Virus genome (UHGV): UHGV-0247634
Source of the DNA: a virus
Length of the DNA: 14,261 bases
Reading direction: 5' to 3' (one strand)
Shown piece by piece: positions 7,445 to 14,261 of this stretch. The notes under the pieces were generated by a model. That model saw only the letters and a list, made by a program, of their open reading frames with translations, was not told the origin of the DNA and ran no database searches. The stretch's first letter is position 1; each line of letters begins with the position of its first letter. Position numbers and translations under genes: made by a program.

Positions 7445-7466
7445 TGCCCGCACAGTGTTGCGGGCA
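7445..7466 (+). promoter_or_regulatory. perfect 8-bp stem-loop immediately after the major capsid gene
   Basis: tgcccgca (7445-7452) pairs with tgcgggca (7459-7466), loop cagtgt. No U-tract follows, and the 3' arm abuts the SD AGGAG (7466-7470) of the next gene. Likely an RNA stability or translational-coupling element rather than an intrinsic terminator. Confidence 0.35.
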
Positions 7467-7476
7467 GGAGTTTCTG

Positions 7477-7794
7477 ATGGCCGCAATAGTGGAAAAACTC
7501 AGGGCGCAGTGCCGTATTGATACAGATGATGCAACTGATGATGAGTTACTGATGCTGTATTTCCGGGCTGCCTGCCGTAAGGCAGAAAATTTTATCAACC
7601 GTAAGCTTTATGAGGAGACGGTGCCGGAAGGTGATCCTGACGGGGTGCTTATAGCTGATGATGTTTTGCTGGCGCTCATGTTGCTGGTCGGACACTGGTA
7701 CGAAAACCGGGAAAATTCCTCAGATGTCAGCAAAGCACCAGTCCCGTTTGGTTTTTCTTCTCTGCTGGAGCCTTATCGTTTTATTCCTTTGTAG
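7477..7794 (+). CDS. head-tail connector protein (phage gp6-like)
   Basis: N-terminus MAAIVEKLRAQCRIDTDDATDDELLMLY fits the usual pattern of gp6-like connector proteins. Start at ATG 7477 with SD AGGAG 7466-7470 preferred over the ORF-track start at 7432, which would translate through the hairpin. Confidence 0.7.
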   Translation: MAAIVEKLRAQCRIDTDDATDDELLMLYFRAACRKAENFINRKLYEETVPEGDPDGVLIADDVLLALMLLVGHWYENRENSSDVSKAPVPFGFSSLLEPYRFIPL

Positions 7795-7802
7795 GAGGAA
7801 TC

Positions 7803-8141
7803 ATGCAGGCGGGCAGATTACGTGATCGCGTAACTATTCTGAATGTCACCACCGTCCGTTCTCCGTCAGGGCATCCGGTGGAGACAATGACGGAGGGGGC
7901 AACCGTATGGGCAGAAGTTAAGGGGATCAGCGGGAGAGAGAGAATATCAGGAGGTGCAGAAACCGCTCAGGCTACAGTCAGAGTCTGGATGAGATTCCGG
8001 CGCGATGTGACAGCGACTTCACGTCTGAAAGTGCTGACCGGTGCATTTAAAGGGGCCACTCTTGGTATAGAAGGGCCACCAATACCGGATGCACGCGCCA
8101 CCCGGCTTGAAATACTCTGCAGCCTGAAGGGGAATGTGTGA
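7803..8141 (+). CDS. head closure / head-tail adaptor protein
   Basis: 112-aa ORF with strong SD (GGAGGA) and the typical N-terminus (MQAGRLRDRVTILNVTTVRSPSGHPVETMTEGATVWAEV) of SPP1 gp16-type head-tail joining proteins. Follows the connector gene. Confidence 0.7.
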   Translation: MQAGRLRDRVTILNVTTVRSPSGHPVETMTEGATVWAEVKGISGRERISGGAETAQATVRVWMRFRRDVTATSRLKVLTGAFKGATLGIEGPPIPDARATRLEILCSLKGNV

Positions 8142-8587
8142 TGGATTTCAGTCTTGATTTTTCCGGCCTGGCGGATATTGCACGGGATCTGGAGACGCTC
8201 AGCAGGGCAGAAAACAATAAGGTTCTGCGCGATGCCACCCGTGCCGGTGCTGAAGTTATGCGGGATGCAGTTGTTGAACGTGCGCCGGAGCGAACCGGGA
8301 AACTGAAGAAAAATGTGGTTGTTCTCACGCAGCGTTCAAAGCGTCGGGGGGAAATTATCTCGGGTGTCCACATTCGCGGACGGAACCTGCGAACCGGAAA
8401 CAGTGATAACAGCATGAAAGCCAGCGATCCCCGAAATGCGTTTTACTGGCGCTTTGTGGAGCTGGGAACGATAAACATGCCCGCGCATCCGTTTATTCGC
8501 CCGGCTTTCGATACGACAGAGGAACTGGCAGCACAGATTGCCATACAGCGAATGAATCAGGCTATTGATGAGGTCTTAAGTAAATGA
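8141..8587 (+). CDS. HK97 gp10-family neck / tail completion protein
   Basis: 148-aa ORF (MDFSLDFSGLADIARDLETL...TGKLKKNVVV...AFYWRFVELGT...HPFIRPAFD) with typical size and motifs of HK97 gp10-like proteins. ATG 8141 overlaps the upstream stop (TGA 8139-8141). Confidence 0.7.
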   Translation: MDFSLDFSGLADIARDLETLSRAENNKVLRDATRAGAEVMRDAVVERAPERTGKLKKNVVVLTQRSKRRGEIISGVHIRGRNLRTGNSDNSMKASDPRNAFYWRFVELGTINMPAHPFIRPAFDTTEELAAQIAIQRMNQAIDEVLSK

Positions 8588-8928
8588 GAGAGGCCACACT
8601 GTATTCCCTGCTGTCTCCGCTGGCCGGAGGACAGGTCTATCCTTATGTGGTCCCGCTGACGGAGGGAAAGCCTGCGGTATTTCCGCCGTGGCTGGTGTTT
8701 TCTGTGGTGTCTGACACGGCGTCTGATGTGCTTGATGGTCAGGCTGAATCCAGAATTACCGTGCAGATCGATGTCTGGGCAACGGTGCCTGATGACGCAG
8801 ATGATATCCGGGAACAGGCGCTTGATGCTGTGAGGGAACTTGCACCCTCCGTTATTTCTAAAACTCAGGGTTATGATCCTGATTCCCGTCTGAGCAGAGC
8901 CACGCTTGAATTTCAGGTAATAACCTGA
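8584..8928 (+). CDS. tail terminator-like protein (DUF3168-type)
   Basis: 114-aa ORF whose pattern (...VYPYVVP...VFSVVSD...RITVQIDVWA...) resembles DUF3168 tail-terminator-like proteins. ATGA start/stop overlap with the upstream gene; lies directly before the major tail gene. Confidence 0.6.
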   Translation: MREATLYSLLSPLAGGQVYPYVVPLTEGKPAVFPPWLVFSVVSDTASDVLDGQAESRITVQIDVWATVPDDADDIREQALDAVRELAPSVISKTQGYDPDSRLSRATLEFQVIT

Positions 8929-8948
8929 GGTCGTTAATGATTTTACCC

Positions 8949-8974
8949 ACCCGCCGCTGGCGGGTTTTTATTTT
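8949..8974 (+). terminator. rho-independent terminator-like hairpin plus U-tract between neck genes and major tail gene
   Basis: acccgcc (8949-8955) pairs with ggcgggt (8959-8965), loop gct, followed by tttttatttt. Canonical intrinsic terminator geometry on the + strand. Confidence 0.55.
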
Positions 8975-8986
8975 CAGGAGACGAGT

Positions 8987-9691
8987 ATGTCCTCTAATTT
9001 TGAGCGTTCGCAACTGACGAAAATTATGATTTCGTCTGCACCGGTAACAGCAGAAACCCTGGATTCTGCCAGCTATCTTGGCCTGAGCTGTACAATCAAA
9101 GAGGTGCAGTTTACCGCAGGACAAAAGCAGGATATTGATGTCACCACGCTGTGTTCTGTTGAGCAGGAAAATATTAACGGTCTTGGTGCCGCGTCAGAGA
9201 TTTCCATGTCAGGCAACTTTTACCTTAATGCTGCCCAGAACGCGTTGCGCAGTGCCTATGACAATGACACCACGTATGGCTTTAAAGTTATTTTTCCGTC
9301 AGGAAACGGATTTACCTTTATGGCAGAGGTGCGTCAGCATACCTGGTCTGCAGGAACCAATGGTGTTGTGGCTGCAACGTTTTCCCTGCGCCTGAAAGGT
9401 AAACCTGTGCTGACGACAGAGCCGCTGAAAGTGAAGGTAGATTTAAACAGCACGCTGCAGGTTTCTGCCGGAGCGAAACTCGAAATGGTGGTTGAGGCTG
9501 CCGGTGGTGTGCCGCCTTATTCTTATGTCTGGAAGAAAGGTAGTTCTCCTGTTTCCGGACAGACGGCGGCAACGTTCAGTAAGGCATCAGCAGCATCCGG
9601 TGATGCCGGTGCGTATACCTGCGAGATTTCTGATTCAGCAAGCCCGGTTAACAAAGTGACCACCACTTCCTGCACTGTAACCGTCAGTTAA
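8987..9691 (+). CDS. major tail (tube) protein with C-terminal Ig-like domain
   Basis: 234-aa ORF with SD AGGAG 8976-8980. The N-terminal ~140 aa has a tail-tube-like region (GFKVIFPSGNGFTFMAEV, reminiscent of lambda gpV KIRFPNGT). The C-terminal ~90 aa resembles an Ig-like domain (VKVDLNSTLQVSAG...GGVPPYSYVWKKG...AGAYTCEISDSA...CTVTVS). Immediately precedes the G/GT chaperone genes. Confidence 0.8.
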   Translation: MSSNFERSQLTKIMISSAPVTAETLDSASYLGLSCTIKEVQFTAGQKQDIDVTTLCSVEQENINGLGAASEISMSGNFYLNAAQNALRSAYDNDTTYGFKVIFPSGNGFTFMAEVRQHTWSAGTNGVVAATFSLRLKGKPVLTTEPLKVKVDLNSTLQVSAGAKLEMVVEAAGGVPPYSYVWKKGSSPVSGQTAATFSKASAASGDAGAYTCEISDSASPVNKVTTTSCTVTVS

Positions 9692-10077
9692 TGAGGATGG
9701 ATGTGATGACTAAAAATATCCGTAATCTTGCACTGGCAACGATGTCGGGGTTTCGCCATAAAACCGTTGATGTGCCTGAATGGGAGGGAGCAACGGTTGT
9801 GTTACGGGAACCTTCTGCAGAAGCCTGGTTGCGCTGGCAGGAGATCGTTAAAGCCAGGGAAGATGATACATCGCCATCTGTTGCAGAGCGTGCCCGCCGA
9901 AATCTGGAGGCGGACGTTGAGCTGTTCATTGATGTTCTGTGTGATACCGGGCTGCAACCCGTATTTTCAGAGGATGATCGTGAACAGGTGATTGCCGTGT
10001 ATGGCCCGGTGCATGCCCGGCTTCTTCGCCAGTCTCTGGAACTGATCAGTGATGCCGGAGAGGTTAAAAAAAAGTAG
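9691..10077 (+). CDS. tail assembly chaperone (gpG-like)
   Basis: ORF between the major tail and tape measure genes, ending in a slippery A-run. Alternative start ATG 9706 has SD GAGGA at 9693-9697; ATG 9691 overlaps the upstream stop (TAATG). Confidence 0.75.
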   Translation: MRMDVMTKNIRNLALATMSGFRHKTVDVPEWEGATVVLREPSAEAWLRWQEIVKAREDDTSPSVAERARRNLEADVELFIDVLCDTGLQPVFSEDDREQVIAVYGPVHARLLRQSLELISDAGEVKKK

Positions 10078-10379
10078 CGCTTCCGGGGATGCGTTTTCTG
10101 ATGATGCTGGCGCTCAGGATGGGGCGCACATTGTCAGAGTTACGCCGGGAAATGTCCGCATCAGAAATCATGATGTGGGCAGAATTTGACAGGTTCAGCC
10201 CGCTGGGGGACGAACGGGCTGATATCCGGGCTGCCCAGATTGTTTCAGCTGTTTACGGTGCGCAGGGGGTTAAAGTACCACTGAATGATGTGCTTCTTCA
10301 GTGGGAGCAGGAGCAGACAGAAGGCGCCTCAGATCCATTTGCCGGGCTGGAAAACGCGCTTTTAACCGTGTCTCAGTGA
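9691..10379 (+). CDS. tail assembly chaperone frameshift fusion (gpGT-like), produced by -1 ribosomal frameshift at 10068-10074
   Basis: The zero-frame codons AAA AAG (10069-10074), preceded by A at 10068, form the slippery heptamer A_AAA_AAG just before the G stop (TAG 10075-10077). The -1 frame is open from 10074 through the downstream ORF to its stop at 10379. The distal part (MRFLMMLALRMGRTLSELRREMSASEIMMWAEFDRFSPLGDERADIRAAQIVSAV) resembles the lambda gpT family. Confidence 0.7.
10068..10074 (+). promoter_or_regulatory. programmed -1 ribosomal frameshift slippery heptamer A_AAA_AAG
   Basis: Same heptamer type as the E. coli dnaX frameshift site, located at the 3' end of the gpG-like ORF with the downstream ORF in the -1 frame. 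Confidence 0.65.
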
Positions 10380-10387
10380 GTCAACAT

Positions 10388-10409
10388 AACCGCTTCGGCG
10401 GTTTTTTTT
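10388..10409 (+). terminator. rho-independent terminator-like hairpin (UUCG tetraloop) plus U-tract upstream of the tape measure gene
   Basis: aaccgc (10388-10393) pairs with gcggtt (10398-10403), loop ttcg, followed by a T-run to 10409. Lies 9 nt after the GT stop and 10 nt before the tape measure ATG. Confidence 0.5.
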
Positions 10410-10419
10410 CGTCCGGAGA

Positions 10420-13400
10420 ATGAGTGTGGCGACATTACGTGAACTGATTATTAAAATTTCGGCAAACTCCCGGTCATTTCAGTCAGAGATCTCCCGGGCT
10501 TCGCGTATGGGGCAGGATTACTACCGCACCATGCAGAATGGAAGCCGACAGTCCGCTGCTGCATCCCGTGAAATGCGGCGTGCACTGGCAGAAGTGACGG
10601 ATCAGATAAATACAGCTAAATCTTCGGCACTGAACATGGCGGGGGCATTTGCCGGGGCTTTTGCTACCGGTCATCTTATTTCTCTCGCCGATGAGTGGAA
10701 TTCAGTCAATGCCCGTCTGAAGCAGGCCTCACAGTCCAGTGATGATTTTCAGGCATCACAACGCGAATTAATGGCAATCAGCCAGAGAACGGGGACGGCT
10801 TTTTCTGATAACGCCAGCCTTTTTGCCCGCTCTGCAGCTTCCATGCGGGAGTATGGCTACAGTTCTGAGGAGGTACTGAAAGTCAACGAGGCGATCTCCA
10901 CGGGCCTGAAATTATCCGGTGCCAGTACAGCAGAAGCCAGTTCGGTGATCACGCAGTTCAGTCAGGCACTGGCGCAGGGAGTGCTGCGCGGTGAAGAGTT
11001 TAACTCGGTGAATGAGAACGGCGATCGTGTTATTCGTGCGCTGGCTGCGGGAATGGGCGTTGCCCGTAAGGATCTGAAGGCCATGGCGGATAACGGAAAA
11101 CTGACCGCCGATAAGGTTGTTCCTGCACTGATTAGTCAGCTTGGGGCATTACGTGATGAATATGCGGCAATGCCTGATACGGTTTCATCCTCTGCAACCA
11201 AAGTTGAAAACGCCTTTATGGCCTGGGTTGGTGGTGCGAACGAGGCAAGCGGAGTGACGAAGACGCTCTCCGGTGTGCTGAATAGTATTGCAGGCAATAT
11301 TGACACCGTGGCAACCGCTGCCGGTGCACTGGTTGCCGTCGGGGTAGCCCGATATTTTGGCAATATGGCATCTTCTGCTGGCTCTGCAACTGCCGGGCTA
11401 ATCACTGCGGCCAGAAACGAAGTGGCTCTTGCTGAAGCGCAACTTCGGGGGACACAGATAGCAACTGCCAGGGCGCGTGCGGCGGTTTATCGTGCGCAAC
11501 AGGCGGTTGTTGCTGCTCGCGGTACCGAAAGGCAGGCCGCAGCAGAAGCGAAGCTGACAGCTGCCCAGGCGTCACTTACCCGTAATATTGCGGCCAGAAC
11601 AGCGGCACAGACAACGCTGAATACTGTCACGTCAGTGGGGAGTCGTTTATTAAGTGGCGCGCTGGGGCTGGTTGGTGGTGTGCCGGGACTCGTCATGCTG
11701 GGGGCTGCGGCCTGGTACACGATGTATCAGAATCAGGAGCAGGCCAGAGAATCTGCACGCCAGTATGCCGCAACAATCGACGAAATTCGCCAGAAAACGT
11801 CGGCAATGTCGCTTCCTGAAGCGTCAGATAATGAGGAAAAAACGCGACAGGCACTGAAGGAGCAGAACAGGTTAATTGACGAGCAGAAAAGTAAGATTAA
11901 ATCCTTACAGGAAAAAATTGCTGGCTATCAGTATGTGCTGGCAAATCCGGGCTGGACAACCGATAACGGTTTTATGATAAACCACATGACGTCGGTAAAA
12001 ACTGTCACAGAAGGGCTTGCAGAAGCAACAAATCAACTGGCAGTTGAACAGTCTCGCCTCACTCAAATGCAGGGCAAAGCGCAATCCATTCAGGATGTGC
12101 TTGCCGGGCTGGAGGAGCGACGGGTGGCGTTGATCCGTCAACAGGCAGCGGAACAAAACAAAGCGTATCAGTCCCTGTTGATCATGAATGGGCAGCATAC
12201 CGAGTTTAATCGCCTTCTCGGGCTTGGTAATGAATTACTTCAGCAGCGACAGGGGCTGGTGAATGTACCGTTACGGCTACCACAGGCAACCCTGGATGAT
12301 AAACAGCAGACCGCACTGAATAACAGCAAGCGCGAACTGGCTCTGTCCCGCCTGAAGGGGGAAGCGCGTGAGCGTGCCCGACTGGGCTATGCTGCGGATG
12401 ATCTCGGCTTTGTGGGAGAGGCGTATCAGACAGCCAGACAGAATTATATCAATAACTCACTGGATGCCTGGCGAAATAACCAGGCAAATAAACCGCATAA
12501 AAAAACCGAAGCGGAAAAAACAGAGGATATTTATAAACGACTGATTAAACAGCAAAAAGAACAGATAGCACTGGCAGGGCAGAATACTGAACTGGCTAAG
12601 ATGAAATATCAGGTCAGTCAGGGCGAATTATCAACCCTGTCAGAAGCGCAGAAAAAAACGCTTTTGCAGAATGCAGCACTCATCGACCAGAAAAAGATTC
12701 GTGAGCAGCTTGCTGCGTATGAGAGCAGTCTGGCGGACAGTAATGCCAGTGCCCGGGCATCTGACGACGCGCAGTTGCTGGGATATGGTGAAGGCTCACG
12801 GATGCGTGAACGACTCCAGGAAATGTGGAGTATCCGGCAGACGTTTGAGCAGAAAAATAACGAGCTGCTGAGACAGTATCAGGCCGGAGAAATTGAAGAA
12901 GCCCTGTGGAAACAGGAGAAAGAACTGAATAAAAAATATCTGGAAGAGCGTCTCAGCGATCAGCATGATTATTATGCAAAGGCCGATGCTTTACGTAATA
13001 ACTGGAATGCCGGACTCCAGGAGGGACTGAGCAACTGGGCAGACAGTGCCACCGATTATGCTTCACAGGCGGCAGATGCTGTCGTTTCCACGATGGACGG
13101 GCTGGTATCAAATATTTCCGATGCACTGGCCGGGAATGTTGTGGAGTGGAGGAACTGGGGGAGTTCAGTTCTCCGGGAAGTTTCAAAAATTCTGATGAAT
13201 GCGGCCATTGTTAACGGACTGAAGTCACTCTCCGGTGCCGGAGGGTGGCTTGGTACGGTCGGCGGATGGATTTCGGGGGCGGTGGCAAACGCAAAAGGTG
13301 GTGTTTACACATCGGCAAATCTGAGTGCTTACAGTAACACTATTGTGGATACACCGACGTATTTTGCTTTTGCGAAAGGTGCCGGGCTGATGGGCGAGGC

Positions 13401-13647
13401 CGGGCCTGAAGCTATCATGCCACTGACACGGGCAGCGGACGGCTCTCTTGGGGTCAGAGCCATTGGCAATGTGAATGGTGGCGGTGGATTTGTTTATTCT
13501 CCCGTGTATCACATCAGCATTCAGAATCAAGGGAGCAATGGCGAGATAGATGCGCGCTCAGCCAGGGGACTGGTGGATCTGATCGACAGCAGGGTTGTGT
13601 CAATTATGCAGTCATCGCGTCGGGATGGAGGATTATACAGTGCCTGA
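10420..13647 (+). CDS. tail tape measure protein
   Basis: 1075-aa ORF following the G/GT pair. Ala/Gln-rich, predicted helical sequence with an internal hydrophobic segment (LLSGALGLVGGVPGLVMLGAAAWY) and a Gly-rich C-terminal region. Position and size typical of siphovirus tape measure proteins. Confidence 0.9.
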   Translation: MSVATLRELIIKISANSRSFQSEISRASRMGQDYYRTMQNGSRQSAAASREMRRALAEVTDQINTAKSSALNMAGAFAGAFATGHLISLADEWNSVNARLKQASQSSDDFQASQRELMAISQRTGTAFSDNASLFARSAASMREYGYSSEEVLKVNEAISTGLKLSGASTAEASSVITQFSQALAQGVLRGEEFNSVNENGDRVIRALAAGMGVARKDLKAMADNGKLTADKVVPALISQLGALRDEYAAMPDTVSSSATKVENAFMAWVGGANEASGVTKTLSGVLNSIAGNIDTVATAAGALVAVGVARYFGNMASSAGSATAGLITAARNEVALAEAQLRGTQIATARARAAVYRAQQAVVAARGTERQAAAEAKLTAAQASLTRNIAARTAAQTTLNTVTSVGSRLLSGALGLVGGVPGLVMLGAAAWYTMYQNQEQARESARQYAATIDEIRQKTSAMSLPEASDNEEKTRQALKEQNRLIDEQKSKIKSLQEKIAGYQYVLANPGWTTDNGFMINHMTSVKTVTEGLAEATNQLAVEQSRLTQMQGKAQSIQDVLAGLEERRVALIRQQAAEQNKAYQSLLIMNGQHTEFNRLLGLGNELLQQRQGLVNVPLRLPQATLDDKQQTALNNSKRELALSRLKGEARERARLGYAADDLGFVGEAYQTARQNYINNSLDAWRNNQANKPHKKTEAEKTEDIYKRLIKQQKEQIALAGQNTELAKMKYQVSQGELSTLSEAQKKTLLQNAALIDQKKIREQLAAYESSLADSNASARASDDAQLLGYGEGSRMRERLQEMWSIRQTFEQKNNELLRQYQAGEIEEALWKQEKELNKKYLEERLSDQHDYYAKADALRNNWNAGLQEGLSNWADSATDYASQAADAVVSTMDGLVSNISDALAGNVVEWRNWGSSVLREVSKILMNAAIVNGLKSLSGAGGWLGTVGGWISGAVANAKGGVYTSANLSAYSNTIVDTPTYFAFAKGAGLMGEAGPEAIMPLTRAADGSLGVRAIGNVNGGGGFVYSPVYHISIQNQGSNGEIDARSARGLVDLIDSRVVSIMQSSRRDGGLYSA

Positions 13648-13981
13648 GCCTGAAGTTTTTAACTGGATCCCCCGTGAGGGGATGGAGACGACACGAAAGC
13701 CATCAGTTATTACGGTAAAGTTTGGTGACGGATATGAACAGCGACGGGCTGGTGGTCTGAATGCGGATCTGAAAACGTTTAAACCGGTATTTCGTGTCAC
13801 AGATGAATATTCCCGTGCCGCGCTGGACAGTTTTTTATCCCGTCATGCCGGGATTCGTGCTTTTTTGTGGCGTCCGCCAAAACACAACAGGACTGTCCGG
13901 GTTGTCTGCAGGGAGTGGAGCATTTCGGATAATGCCATGTATACCGATTTTAACTGCACCTTTGAAGAGGTCACGCACTGA
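13640..13981 (+). CDS. M: minor tail protein, lambda gpM-like
   Basis: Contains FGDGYEQRRAGGLNADLKTF, matching the lambda gpM pattern FGDGYSQRAPAGLNANLKTY from memory. Start GTG 13640 has SD GGAGGA at 13627-13632 and overlaps the tape measure stop; in-frame ATGs at 13595 and 13625 are less well supported. Confidence 0.75.
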   Translation: MPEPEVFNWIPREGMETTRKPSVITVKFGDGYEQRRAGGLNADLKTFKPVFRVTDEYSRAALDSFLSRHAGIRAFLWRPPKHNRTVRVVCREWSISDNAMYTDFNCTFEEVTH

Positions 13982-14261
13982 TGCAGGATATACAGCAGGA
14001 AACACTCAATGAGTGCACTAAAACGGAGCAATCCGCGCTGGTCGTGCTCTGGGAAATTGATCTGACAGAGGTCGGCGGAGATCGTTATTTCTTCTGTAAT
14101 GAGCAGAACGAAAAAGGTGAACCAGTCACCTGGCAGGGGCGGCAGTATCAGGCCTATCCCATTCAGGGAAGTGGATTTGAGATGAACGGCAAAGGAGCCA
14201 GTGCAAGGCCAACGCTGAAAGTCTCTAATCTGCACGGCATGGTCACCGGGATGGCGGAAGA
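13981..14261 (+). CDS. L: minor tail protein, lambda gpL-like (3'-truncated by window end)
   Basis: Translation from ATG 13981 (MQDIQQETLNECTKTEQSALVVLWEIDLTEVGGDRYFFCNEQNEKGEPVTWQGRQYQAYPIQGSGFEMNGKGASARPTLKVSNLHGMVTGMAE) is near-identical to my recollection of the lambda gpL N-terminus. Start overlaps the gpM stop (TGATG). Not in the ORF track because no stop occurs in the window. Confidence 0.85.
   Translation, partial: MQDIQQETLNECTKTEQSALVVLWEIDLTEVGGDRYFFCNEQNEKGEPVTWQGRQYQAYPIQGSGFEMNGKGASARPTLKVSNLHGMVTGMAE

Noticed and set aside
7445-7466. Hairpin after the capsid gene as a classical intrinsic terminator
   Set aside because: No U-tract follows the stem; kept as a regulatory or stability element instead.
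7432-7476. Upstream extension of the connector ORF beginning at the TAATG overlap with the capsid gene
   Set aside because: It would translate through the 7445-7466 hairpin to give an atypical MQFFMPAQCCGQEFL N-terminus; ATG 7477 has a proper SD and a typical connector N-terminus. Not fully excluded.
9135-9991. Alternate-frame and antisense ORFs within the major tail and gpG genes
   Set aside because: They overlap motif-supported genes and have no independent support.
10483-13530. Multiple reverse and alternate-frame ORFs inside the tape measure gene
   Set aside because: Shadow ORFs in a long Ala/Gln-rich gene whose GC-rich antisense frames are stop-poor.
13843-14235. 130-aa reverse-strand ORF at the window end
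   Set aside because: Antisense to the gpL-like gene, whose forward translation closely matches my recollection of lambda gpL.
1-14261. CRISPR arrays, tRNA genes, integrase or transposase, or a known multi-gene defence system
   Set aside because: No direct-repeat/spacer periodicity, no cloverleaf-like tRNA candidates, and every large ORF is accounted for by phage morphogenesis or lysis functions.

Overview
This 14.3 kb window is the late (lysis, packaging, head, tail) region of a mosaic lambdoid siphovirus, either a phage or a prophage of an enterobacterial host (host inferred from the lambda-like gpL/gpM and from composition). Nearly all genes are on the + strand in one densely packed, translationally coupled operon. 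In order: a lysis cassette (putative holin, M15-family L-Ala-D-Glu peptidase endolysin, a small lipoprotein); two small AT-rich convergent moron genes, one antisense; an HNH endonuclease; a GC-rich putative cos region; P27-family small terminase and large terminase; a small two-TM ORF; HK97-family portal, prohead protease and major capsid protein; connector, head closure, HK97 gp10-like and DUF3168-like neck proteins; a major tail protein with a C-terminal Ig-like domain; a G/GT tail chaperone pair with an A_AAA_AAG -1 frameshift site; a 1075-aa tape measure protein; and lambda-like gpM and gpL (gpL truncated by the window end). I found no tRNA, CRISPR array, integrase or transposase, and no recognisable multi-gene defence system. 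The candidates for novelty are the small accessory genes at 893-1330 and 4141-4323 and the atypical lysis cassette. All calls rest on reading the translated ORFs and sequence motifs by eye and from memory; no database search was run, and GC figures were hand-counted only for the two moron genes.
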